NCBI GenBank assembly: GCA_963924565.1 | Contig: OZ004609.1 | Coordinates: forward strand, 6,262,001 to 6,326,000 | Origin: Ascidiella aspersa | Lineage: Eukaryota | Reading direction: 5' to 3' | DNA: 64,000 bases | Shown: positions 26,814-39,124 of the stretch, piece after piece | Layout: each line of letters opens with the position of its first letter | How positions within the stretch are numbered: the first letter of the stretch is position 1 | Program-made: the position numbers and the translations under genes | Notes under the pieces: generated by a model | Told to the model about the DNA's origin: nothing | Seen by the model: the letters and a program-made list of their open reading frames with translations, nothing else | The model's database searches: none

Positions 26814-27686
26814 TTCGGTTGAAATCAGTGGGTTAATATCAACTGCTGTTGCTAATGATAACTATAAAAGAGGCAATTAGACGTCCGAATTTAGACAAGA
26901 TTTTCCTTTTTCCTTCGTTGTTGACAATTTCCGAAACCATCTCATAAATATCGAATCGGAAATTGACGTATTTTTATTTTTATTTGATGTGTCAAATGGA
27001 CAAGCCTAAAAGCTTTCTCAGATCGACGACTTTGTTTGTTTATCTCGCCCGCTAATTAAAGTGAACCATTTGCGAGACTCCAAGGTTGGCTCAAACTACT
27101 GTGAGCGGAAAAGACGTTTCAGAATTACCGAACATTTCAAAGAGCACCTAGAGAATGATGAAATCATTTTTATCAAGCCGGGTTAAAATCTTCCTTTTTT
27201 GGTCGTAACGAGCAGTAGATACACTTATTTACTGAATTTTAAATGTTTTGATGTTGTTGCGTCATTTTATTTCTGCTTATAAGTTGCCGAATAAAAGTAG
27301 TTCGGTGGCCGGAATTGCGTCTATCAAAGTTCGATAACCGGTTTGAATAATTAATAATGCATGTACGGTTATTTGTTATTACATTGGATGTATGATGTCT
27401 CTTAATAAAACTTCGTGTTAAGTAAACGCTGTTTTTACCAAGACATTGGGTTTGATTTTTCGCCCAGCGGTTATGCAATTTTTAAAAAGTCAAAAGACAT
27501 GGGTTAGGGTTGGGGTGAGCATTTTGGTATGGATGGCACAGCAGTTTTGCATTTATCTCAGCACAGCAGTTTTGCATTTAATTTATGGTTGATGCCCGTT
27601 TCAATAAATGTTTGGCGCGAGCATTCTATAAACGAAGGCCAATAGAACATCAGTTACCTATACTGCCTGGCTTAAAAGACATAGAA

Positions 27687-28003
27687 CAGGGATGGGTATT
27701 TTGTTTTGTTTTTCTAGTCGCGGGCCAAAACCAAACTTAGAAAGGTTTCTGCGGGTCGTTACATTATAACTGTGTACACTCCACGCATCTGAGAAAAACC
27801 GCAACGATTGTCAATCAGGGATAAAATTGAGGTATTTTGCCATTTACCCACGATGGAGGAAAATGGTTAGCGCAAAGCGTAAAAAATGCCTTTTATCTAG
27901 TTGAAATAGCCAAGAAAAATACGAGTAATGGACTCGTGTCAAGTTGTTAAAACAGGTCGCGGGCCGCATGATTTGCGTTAATTGCAAAATGCACACACCC
28001 TTG
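27687..28003. mobile_element. Decayed hAT-type MITE
   Basis: CAGGGATGGG...CACCCTTG ends, GCGGGCC subterminal motifs, flanks ACATAGAA/CCATAAAA. Confidence 0.55.
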
Positions 28004-28977
28004 CCATAAAAGCATGATTTTTACGTGGTTTGAATGTATCGAAATGTATAGAATAAACTGGTCCGCCAGGCCAGTCATAATATAACATAAAACCCTTATA
28101 GGATAAGGGAAACAACGTTTATTGTGCAACAAAAAAACGTTTATTATGCATCAAAGCGAGCCAAAGTGCTTACCTAAATAGTTAAAAGAGAACAATTTAA
28201 TCCGAGATGGAATAAAGAAGAAAAAACGCTAGGGCTTACTTCGCCTAGTGTATCGTACTGCTATTTATAGTCAAAATAGTTTAAACAAAAAAATCGCAGC
28301 ATTGATTTTAGTCACATGTTTGACCAATTTTATGCAGGGAAGTTAAAGCGAAACACGTTTTAGAGGTTAGGAAGCCACAGCTTTAAGCTTCAATTCTAAT
28401 TGACCGGTTCACGTTATCGTCAAGCACTTTTAGTTATGTCACTCAAACACAATATTACTTGCATACTAGTTAAGGGTTTGCCTTTCATTCAAGCCAGTTT
28501 AGCTTATCGCATCAATTAAATATTGCTTTCAAAAGGCCGTATCCCTGAAAGGTTTATTTTTAACTTTAACTCGACCCATTTCAGACACTATCAGCGTCAA
28601 ACAGTAATATACAACACCTAAACAAAGCACACCACGCATAAAATTACTTCGTTAAATATTCCTCATTAAATATAGCAAAGCCCATAAGCTTAAAATGATT
28701 TCCGAATTACTTTAAGTTGATTGAAGGGTAAACACACGATTTCGACCTTTTTTAAAATGTCGACGGCGCTAAAGTTGACCAATCAATTTAAAAAATCCCC
28801 GGGAACCATATCACTTGACGGTAAATAATATTCAAAGAATAAAACATAGTTTTTGTTTCTTGATATTTAAAGGAAAAACCTAACTTTGTAGTTTTTTTCT
28901 TGATTCATTTGATTTTAGAGGTTAACTATCATCTTCTTGTAAAAGTCCATTTTTTTCGTTTTCGTATTCCTTTAATT

Positions 28978-29685
28978 TTAGAGGTTAACTGGTATCTTCT
29001 TGTACATGACCTGGGCCGTCTTATGAATTGGAGATAGCTTCCAGTCTGGTTTTAATCCGGTTTGAGGGTCAATGTAGTCAGCATAGCTTATCTCTCTCAG
29101 AACACTGTAGCCTTCCGATTTCGCAATCTTTTGTATGAAAAGTGAGGCGAGGTAGCACACATGATATTCGCATCCGTTTGCCCTGGCAAGATTGAACGTG
29201 ATTTGTGATAAAATGCCAGTCAAGCCTTTTGAACGGTGCTCAGCACTTGCCCAGGTACATCTACCGCGCACGTAGCAATCGGTGGTTAAGTCGCGAAACA
29301 CATCGCCAATAAGCTCATTTATAAATCGAAGGTGTACAGCGACCGGTTCACTGAGTGCTGGTGTGATTTCGAGCGGTGGGTCTCCTTCTGCTTTGTTCTG
29401 TACAGAATTTATCATCAAGGCTGCAAGTCTGTCACTCCCCTTTTCAAAAAAGCCAGTCGAAGCGCCTCCTTTTATGTATTCAACCGCCGCATCTGCATGT
29501 TGTGTTCTGTTTTTAGGTAACCTAAAGATTTCGGCCACCGGATTGTTGACGTAATCACTTGCAAGAATTTTGTGAACTTGTGGCAAATGCGTTTCGTTCA
29601 AAACTTTGCAAACCAGGCCAGGTAAAACTTCAACACCATTGCGTTTTACAAGTACTTCCTTTATAATCTTTGCTGGCAAATTCAT
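28978..29685 (-). CDS. GNAT N-acetyltransferase, insect-type AANAT-like, paralogue 2 (235 aa, intronless CDS)
   Basis: Start at ATG 29685 (MNLPAKIIKEV) aligns with paralogue 1 (MALSAKFIKEV); motif HRSKGLT; shared YADYIDPQTGLKPD.KLSPIHKTAQV.YKKI. Confidence 0.85.
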   Translation of the reverse strand: MNLPAKIIKEVLVKRNGVEVLPGLVCKVLNETHLPQVHKILASDYVNNPVAEIFRLPKNRTQHADAAVEYIKGGASTGFFEKGSDRLAALMINSVQNKAEGDPPLEITPALSEPVAVHLRFINELIGDVFRDLTTDCYVRGRCTWASAEHRSKGLTGILSQITFNLARANGCEYHVCYLASLFIQKIAKSEGYSVLREISYADYIDPQTGLKPDWKLSPIHKTAQVMYKKIPVNL

Positions 29686-31272
29686 TTTGGTCCAAATTTG
29701 GGCTGATTTCCAACAGCAGTTGCAAAATAATAACTTTATAGTGATAGAAAATGTGAACAAAAGATCAGCTGCTATATAATTTATTATTTAAAGGTAGGTC
29801 TAATTAAAACCTGCGCCGAAAATTTGTTTGGTTTGATTTCCAACATGAAACATAAACTTTAATTTAAATTTTGTTTAATTTCTAAACAGGAGATTATTGA
29901 ACAAAACAATCAATGTATAGTATTTTTTATAGCGTGTTGTCCACAACAGGAATACTGCCTGGTCCAATTTACCTTCTCGACACAACATCATATTTAAAGC
30001 ATTAATGGCTGTTGTGTTGTTACTTGGTTTTTGTGACAAAACTAGCGCCTTTTAACAAAACCTTGCAAATAGGCCACCTAAATTGGACTCCAGTCATAAA
30101 ATTGAAATAAGTACAACATCACCATAAATACTAATTCCTAATATTCGTTCTAAATTATAAATCGGAACGTCCTAATTATGCCGAAAATAAGACCTAAACG
30201 GCAATAATCCTGCCTATACAAAATGCTACACAACCGCAACCACAACCGCTAAGTTTATCAATAACTCCCCTAATAATTTCAGACGTAACTCGTTTTCTTA
30301 CCCCATCCGTTACTCATAACTAACCCAAAACAGGGCTCGACAATCCGGTGCTAAAAGAGCAGCAGCGCCGTAACGGCGCCGTTTAAACTAGGGCGCCCAA
30401 ACGTCGACACTAAAACGGTCGATGTCAGACCGTTGACTAACGATATATTCTTATACCATAACCTTAGTGACAGAAAAAGATCCACTCAATATCCTAAACC
30501 GTCTTATTAAGATCACAGCGGAAATATAAAAACCTAGACTCTTATTAGTTGTGTCAAATGGCCAAGTATAAAAGCTTCCTAAGACCAAGTGTTTAATTGT
30601 GTTATTCCGCTATAATAAAATGAACCACTCTCGAGACTCGTTTCTTTATAGCACCTGTGGGTGAAAAATGTGCGTTGAAAGAAAAATGTATGCACAAGAA
30701 ATTATTTCTGTAATTATACTAGATTTAAAATTTAAATATAAGCAACTCACATATATGTTTTTTCGATTTACCATTTTTCTATTAATCTATGGAATATAAG
30801 CATAATAGCAAAATTAATTTTCGGCCTATTCCAATTGTTTAGCCTATATAATATTTTGTTAATCAAACAAAGTCAAAATTTTTCCACACCCCAATAACGA
30901 GACATCATGGCTTGCTCTGAATAATTTATTACATGAAAAACACGACCTATTCTGTATAAATATAGGGTACAAATAACACTGTAAGCGACCAATAATTTCA
31001 TTTTTACTTCTTATTGAGTCAATAGTTTGGTTAACACAAATTTGTAAAGTCAGGTTTTTATGTGTTTACGTTTTGTTGACAGATTCGGATGTTAAAATGT
31101 TCTACAATTGATAGGCCACTTAGGAGTTGTATCAATCTATTTTCTTGAATGTTGCCCAGGCCTAGAAAGTTGCATCTGAAAAATAAGCAGTATTCATGGT
31201 AGAAAAACGTACACAAACAGTCTTCAATGTGATATACAAGTATCTTGAAACCGACTTTTGTATTTACAGAAA

Positions 31273-33045
31273 TTAACCGCTCGGCAAAGCTGCCGAAAAA
31301 TTTGGCCAAACGTCAAATAAACACCTCGTTAGAATATTCTTCTGCAAAACGCAAACATAATTTATAAAAATTCACTTACCGTAGCAGAAATTGCAAGTTC
31401 GTGCACAATGTTTTTTCATGAAGTTTGGTTTGCTAATGCACAATCCCGCACGTTTCCAGACAACGCAGTCACTGTCGACAAAGTATTTCAATAAACGTCC
31501 AGGTAAAAGTCAGGGTTGTACACAAGTCATTTTGACATGCTTTAAGTCCAAGTCGGGTGGTTTGGAAAATAATATAGTATGTCAACTTCAACTTCAAGTT
31601 ATTGCTCCCGCAAGTCAAATCCAAATTAAGTCATTTACATCAAAATAAAACTATAAACTTCTAAAAAAGGCAAACTCGTCGGACCCCAAGCAATATTTCA
31701 TACAACGAAATACTCGCCGAGGCCTTAGAAAATCTTAAGATAAGAGTACGTATGTTAAAAACGAAAATCTTAAAATATATGACGCAAATTGCTGTGTAAA
31801 AAAATAGCTCTAAATTATTAATAATTTAGGTCAAGCCAAAAGTCAAAACATGTATAGAGCGACTTAGCTGCACTAAAAGTCAAATCAAGCTATTGAATCG
31901 CCTTATTTCAACAATCATAAACTATGCATCAATGGTTTTTTAGGTTATTTATACAATGGTTTTTCAGGTTTATTTATGTCGAAATCATCTAACAATAACT
32001 GTCTTATTATTAATTAAAATTCGCATTGTTGCTTTGGTTAACAAATTGAGATTCTCTCATTTCGAAAGTTAGGTTTTGTTGTATGTCACGCCAAAATATA
32101 ATAAACGGTGACGGGATACCGATCTGTTAGAAATGATATTTAAACTAGATTTAGTAAAACTAACTTTATTCCAAAGTTGTTCCGGGACAGACAGTCATCC
32201 TTGCAAGACTTGGTGATTGTTTGCGCTGGGAATAAATTAAGCTCACTTAAGTTATGTGTTGTTTCTGTATAATTTCCAATATGGCACACAAGTAAAATAT
32301 TGCAACCAGGTTGCATACAAATTTAGGTAAAAAAATGAGTTTCGTTCTCAAAATGCTACCGGGCGTTTACAATATTTATTATTTCAACAGTTTTCGCAAT
32401 GATTTAAATCAGCGGTTCCCAAACTGGGGTCCGCAAACCAAATGGGGTCCGTATAGCACTTTCAGAGGGTCCGCAAGGAGAATTAGTCTTTAAGTATTTC
32501 GACATTAGACTTCAACGAATCTTTTTAAACATTATCTGTCATCATTATTGTCTTTAGTTAGATGTTTTATTATTCGATCATATAGCGTCGTTTCTGATGT
32601 CTATTGTGACATCATAAAGCATCTATTATACTGTACAACCTGCTATCAGCAAATCGTTCGCCTTAGTCAGAAGGTTGTTATATTAGATTTAGAAAGAATC
32701 GTGACTGCACTAGTGTACAAGAAACATGGGTCAACTGACCCTTGAATTTTTATAGGGCCGCGAAGTATCAAAATAATTGCAACGGGTCCACCAGGCAAAA
32801 TTTTTAGAAAAGTTTGGGAACCGCTGATTTAAATGGATATGGTGTGTTTTAAAATAGATCCGTATCCAAAATAAATTAATGTTTTAACTACGAACTATGA
32901 CATGTTTTGGTAAAAAATAAAATTGATAAAAATACGGAGTTATATATACTCACGTGGGCAAACTTGGCATGTAACAGGACAAAATCTGTTCATAAAAACT
33001 GGATCATCTCGACACCGTAGTTGTACTTTCCAAACAATACAAGAG
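31273..33045 (-). pseudogene. Truncated paralogue of the astacin-ShK gene: only the last 1.5 ShK domains (may instead be a short functional ShK gene)
   Basis: Exons 33045-32954, 32225-32165, 31471-31380 have the same sizes (92/61/92) and phases as 15211-15120, 14509-14449, 13526-13435; candidate last exon 31289-31273 (ALPSG*). No astacin exons upstream. Confidence 0.75.
32410..32826. mobile_element. hAT-type MITE
   Basis: Perfect TIR CAGCGGTTCCCAAACT; perfect TSD ATTTAAAT. Confidence 0.9.
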
Positions 33046-33477
33046 CTGTAACGTATCACATGAAAAAATAATTGTAGGAACCCGTTAAAACAAAACAATA
33101 TACATAAAGAAACAATCAATGAAAGATGCACACGTGTTAATGTGTTAAAAACTATGATGCTGTGCCCTCCTGAAGCTGCATTTTGACCAACGATATTATT
33201 GGTACACCGAAAAGCTATTGCAGACTCATCGAATCTGTCGTTGAATGATGAAAGCAAGGCAGGGTAGACAAACAACTAGCCTGCAGTGGAGTTCGAACTC
33301 CATAATCGAATGCAAAATGTCTTCACTAATTAGGGAATTCATATGGGCTACTTTATTTTTTGGAATAAGCATTTTCCAAATTTGTGTAAGTTGAATGATC
33401 CGTATCGTTTGCATCTAGTTATTTTTAGTTTCACACCAAGACTTCTTTAGTTTCACACCAAGTTTCAGAATTCTTTT

Positions 33478-34853
33478 AACCAAAACAGCCCATGTCATCA
33501 TATGTTATTTGAGCCAATTATTAGCTTGACCCAACATTGATGTTACTTTTCGCTTACATAATTGAAAAAAGGTGTAAAATGGTTTCCATATGAGATTATG
33601 GGTGCAAATAATGTTCGGTAGGCGTGATGTAAGGTATCATAGTAAAATGATCCTTACAAATTTATAAATTCTGAGTTTTATACAGAGGGGTTCTGCAAAA
33701 AGTGAATCGTTGACACTTCGACGTAAACTATTTTTTTAGATGTTAAAACGTTTTATCATATGGTAGACCGCTTAAGCTTCCTTGAAACATTCGCAATCCC
33801 CTACAAATGTAGAAGACAGTTCAAGTTAATCACAGTACAAAATTTAGTTAAGATTCAGTAGTCACACTAAGAACCTATTATATACAATCTGTCAAAATAT
33901 TTATTATAACCAAACAAAGCAGGGGGGCCGCACAAATTTCAGGGTTTGGATCCTAAACTAAAAAGGTTAAAAAAATTGTATCGAACATCATTTTTAGAAG
34001 TAGGCCTACTTCCTTTATAAACTTTGCTGACAAAGCCATTTCGGTTGAAATCAGTGGGTTAATATCAACTGCTGTTGCTAATGATAACTATAAGGGAGGA
34101 AATTAGACGTCCGAATTTAGACAAGATTTTCCTTTTGCCTCGTTGTTAACAATTTCCGAAAATATCTCATTAAAATCGAATTGGAAATTGACGTATTTTT
34201 ATTTTTATTTGATGTGTCAAATGGACAAGCCTAAAAGCTTCCTCAGATCGACGACTTTGTTTGATTATCTCGCCCGCTAATCAAAGTGAACCATTTGCGA
34301 GGCTCCAAAGTTGGCTCAAACTACTGTGAGCGGAAAGACGTTTCAGAATTACCGAACATTCAAAAGAGCAACTAGAGAATGATGAAGTCATTTTTATCAA
34401 GCCGGGTTAAAATCTTTTTTCTTTGGTTGTAACGACGAGCAGTAGATACACTTATTTACTGAATTTTAAATATATTGATGTTGTTGCGTCATTTTATTTC
34501 TGCTTATGAGTTGCCGAATAAAAGTACTTCGGTGGCCGGAAGTGCGTCTATCAAAGTTCGATAACCGGTTTGAATAACTAATAATGCATGTACGGTTATT
34601 TGTTATTACATTGGATGTATGATGTCTCTTAATTAAACTCCTTTTTAAGTAAACGCTGTTTTTACCAAGACATTGGGTTTGATTTTTCGCCCAGCGGTTA
34701 TACAATTTTTAAAAGGTAAAAGACATGGGTTAGGGTTGGGGTAAGCATTTTGGTATGGGTGGTCTCAGCACAGCAGTTTTGCATTTAACTTATGGTTGAT
34801 GCCCGTTTCAATAAATGTTTGGCGCGAGCATTCTATCAACGAAGCCGTTAGAA
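33478..34853. repeat. Recent segmental duplication of ~25217-27649 with internal deletions
   Basis: 33478-33910 matches 25217-25653; 33930-34009 matches ~25801-25874; 34010-34853 matches 26784-27649 (ORFs 27239-27478 and 34466-34705 nearly identical). Confidence 0.92.
34007..34039 (-). pseudogene. 5' remnant (MALSAKFIKEV) of a third GNAT copy
   Basis: Identical to the first 11 codons of 26112-26813, then jumps to sequence downstream of that gene (~910-bp deletion). Confidence 0.85.
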
Positions 34854-37800
34854 CAAAACTTATAAATGGCTGATTTTGACCAAGACAGGAGAGTCTAATG
34901 AATATGCTCTAAGTGCTAGCTTTAACAGTAAATGAATACACATATTTAAAGAGGTAAAAAGGTGGTTCGTAGTTAAGAGTGACCGATTACCACTCTTGTT
35001 AGGCTGACCTTCGATAGGGCCAAGGCTTCACACCAGCACTAAAATCCACATTATCGATATCTCTGTCTTTTTCGTTGAGAAGTACTGTAAAGACAAACTG
35101 TCCAGTCTTCGAAAACGAAGTTGTTTATATAGTTGTCGGAAATCATATCATTCAACTTGTCGTGACTGTTATTGCTAATGCAAATATAGTACAATTTGCT
35201 AATTCGGTGTTGTACCACCACTTGTATAGATCAACCCCTGCTGTGCAAATTAAGATCCTAAAACCTTCTAACTTTGCATACAGTCGTTTTAGGAAATCGA
35301 CTGTCGGTAAGCTTGTTATAAGTTTAGCCATCCTTACCATATAACCTGTAAAATATAAACAAAGGGCCTATATACGGCATATGTAAATTCATTGTATATT
35401 TAATATGTTAAACTGTTTCCGATAGCTAAGTTAATTAGCATGGCTCTTGAACAAACAATCTCTTGCCGTACAAGGTCGAAAACCTAGTTTGTGTGAGCAA
35501 GATTTAAGGAACCTTATGAGAATCTTTAAGATTTGGAAAGTGTGCAATGGTGTTGAAACTCTTTGTTGGCTATTCCAATTACGTGCTGAGTATTTCAAAT
35601 AATTTCGAAATATTCTTCAATGAAATCACGAAACGAAAATGTTATGAAATGGATATTTGGATAAATGTCTTATCAAGTAAAACCCGTTTAAGCTTAGTGG
35701 AACATAATTTTCGTTTTTGTTTTTTGTTTCTTGCTAATCATAATTTTGTATAGCAATTGATATCTTGCCTTTAAAAATGTTTTAGTTTTGTAAGGATTTC
35801 TTAGATTTATAGGAATAAGAAAGTCTTAACAGAGACCAATTTACACTGTAAAAAAAGGCCTTTATATTTTAGAAAATCACACAAAATCACATTTTATGTT
35901 TTCTACTGATAAAAATATAGATCGCATGTCGATGTTTACATGAATCACCTTCTTACACCGGGATCCGGGATAAAATTGTGAAGACCAACACATCCTAACA
36001 ATTTTAATTAACTTAATTTAACTAAATATTAGATTTCGGGCGTTTCGCTAATCCTAATTGTTTACAATAGTTTTAAGTTATCTGAAAAAATAACTGCCAT
36101 TTAGAAAAAAAGTGTTGTTTTTGTGTGACGGTATTGAAGTGTTTATTCATTTCGTCTGTGGAATTTCCTATCTTAAATTATAAGAAAATAGTTGTGTTAG
36201 TTTCTATATTGTCATGTTGTTTTACTACAATGCGCATTGCTTCCCTTAATACATTGGTCTCCAACCTTTTTATTAACCGATGCAAAACTACATATAAAAG
36301 AAATCAGCATTTACATGCGACCCCAGTTTGTTTTTTTGATAGGTAATTTTTAGCTTATTACAATAGCGTGGTTACACATGTTTAATGAAATGAAATGTTC
36401 AAATTAACACCTGGATTTAAGGTTAGCGCATGAAACACGATTTTTAAATTTCCTTTAAAAATTTTCTAATATACTCATTGAGATAGTTTGCACCCCGAGC
36501 GCAATGAAACCATTAAACTACAGGAATCGGTAAGTTATGACGACCCTACAATAGGTTAAGGCGACCCCACATGGGGTCGCGACCCACAGGTTGGAGACCA
36601 CTGCCTTAATAGATGTACTCTTATACCCCCAGCTATTGTGCAAGGTTTTATTCGTGACGCACTGGCACTATAATTGCCAACAAATAATAAACAAACGCAA
36701 AATTAGCAATCACGCTGAAGTAAAGTAAAAATTAATCACACAGTGGGGATAAAACACAAATAGGAACAGTTTGCAATACAAATTCGTTGGCGTAACGATT
36801 TCGTTGGCCTGAACATCCTTCATATTTCAGGAGATTTAGCGATAAAACACAGCACTTGCAACATTTCGTCGTTATACATGCTTCATGATTTAGCTTGGTG
36901 CGACATAATAATAGAGTGGTTAGTAACATAATGGAGATATCAATATTTTACATGGTAACATAAATATGCAATTTTACTTTACGATTAAGAAATAGTATAA
37001 AAATCCAAACATGTCAGACAGGATTGTATAATGTCCTACTTTTGTTAAATATTACTAAATGGCTTTTAGAGCACCATCAATTAAAATTTGGTGTAAGTGA
37101 CAAATATCAATGGACTTTTTTATAAAACTTATTCAAATGTCAAAAACGAAAGGTTTTCTTTGTAGATTTAAACCTATATTATCGATTTTTAAATAAATTT
37201 GGGTGACGAAAACGTAAACCAAAATGAATATGTCAAAGGCATCAATAAACGTAATGTCACTTGCCAAATATTAGTAAACAAATTAAACATTCTTATTGAG
37301 TGGTAGTTAGCCAACTTACACTCGCAAAATTTAATGCAAAATTAAGCACGGTGGGTATTTCTATAGATTGATCAAAATTTCTTAAAAAAAACGTAGAGTG
37401 CCATATGCGGAATTCAAAGGGAACGTTTGTATTGCGATTTGTTCATTTTAAATACCACAGTAATGTTTATAAAGCAAAGCACGTCGCAGCGTGTAACACA
37501 TTTTGTGAAGTATTGGAAAAGCGTTAAAATATACGACACAACGTCATCTAACATTATGATCGCTGTGAGGTATTGAGTAAGTACAAGACATACCAGACTC
37601 ATCACAGAAAACATTGAAGAAAAACCTTCGTTTGTATTGCGTGAAAAAAAGTAAGCCGCTATTAATTGTTCACGCTTAAAAGCTAGTATTGAGCATATTG
37701 AAAGCCACAAGGTTTACTGCAAGCTTTTGCAAAAAAAACGAATTTATTTTCAAATATTCTCACTTTTTTAAGACAATCTCCATCCTTAAACGCCTTGTTG

Positions 37801-38758
37801 GTTAAATAAGTTTTAGGATTATGCCTTACGTAAATGACTCTTTCGGATTTCAAGTGCTGTTACAAAAAGTGAAACCCTTTTAAGTACATCTTTATTGGCA
37901 TAAGTGTCATCACATTGCGTTTATGCATAAGAAACACTTCCATTTGTCTTTTTATACGAAACAGTGCAATAAACATTGTCATTAGGTTTCCTTTTTTATC
38001 CTTGCAGCTTGTTACATGTGACTTCTCACAGTTATATAGAAAACTCTCGTTATAATAAAAACAATATAACAGTCAATATATAGGTACATCATACAAGTAC
38101 GCTAAATATAAACATGTTGGAAACCCACAAGCATATTCCACAAAATAACAAAAAAGTAAAAGAAATCCTTAAGAAAAACGCATATATAACTATTGCTTGT
38201 TAAGTAACATTAAAACGCACAATCTGTTATCGCGCGAAGTAAGTCTCTTTGCTAAAGTTTATCTTAGACTTTTTTTGTAAGCTAATAAGTGTACGCAAAA
38301 CAACTCAACATAGCAAAGGTAAAGAAATAAAAAGTCCGCTTTGCCAAATTGTGCACAAACAAATTATCTTTTCCCCGCCTGATGACCATAGGCCATTCTT
38401 GCGGATAAATTATGCCAAATCGCTAATGATAAATCCGCAGCAAACCAGATAGAAACCTCTCACAAGTGTTAGGCACATTTAACCGAACGCCGTAAAGTTT
38501 CTTTTTTAACATCGCGGTGGCTACAACACCGTTACACAACAGTCTACATTTTTTGTTTAACAGCAGACCAAATTGAACTCATAGGATTATATGGTCAATG
38601 CTTCCACCGCCGCTGACCACAAAATTATTTACGTTTAATTCGCGAACCACACATCGTGGGCTGTAGACATGTGTAGCGAAACTGTCATAAGTTATTTCAA
38701 AGTTCAACGTGGTATTATTATATCATAACTAAATAATTTAAATATTTGAGCATAATGT

Positions 38759-38922
38759 TTGAAGGTTGTAGTAAGACAAAGTAAGAATATCAAAGCCCAT
38801 ACAGATGTAGGTAGCTTTTTAAACGTTTCGAATAACTCTTTGTTTATTTTTCACAATATGTTAAAAAGGAATATAAATATATTTGAAACGTTCAAATTCT
38901 ATCTACTTCTGTATTGGTTTGA
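38759..38922. repeat. Diverged copy of the hairpin repeat, in the probable PKG 3' UTR
   Basis: AATATCAAAGCCCATACAG...CTACTTCTGTATTGGTTTGA, opposite orientation to 1906-2080. Confidence 0.75.
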
Positions 38923-39124
38923 ATTTGAACACTGATCCTAAAATTTGATTTACTGGCTTAAGGGGCATAAAGAAAACAGGGAGTTGAAATTATTGACTTA
39001 TAGCAATATTTCGTTGGACACCAAAAAGACGGGTTCATAGGCTTGAACCATTTGTATAGCGAGCGCCAAAACAGTCACTTCGTTCATTGCAGCATTCACG
39101 AAGGCGCTCATTCAACACCTAGAT

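Noticed and set aside
27239-27478. Duplicated 79-aa ORF (also 34466-34705) as a small gene family
   Set aside because: Non-ATG start, no motif; similarity is explained by the recent duplication.
29686-29760. N-terminal extension of GNAT paralogue 2
   Set aside because: Begins at TTG; paralogue alignment supports ATG 29685.
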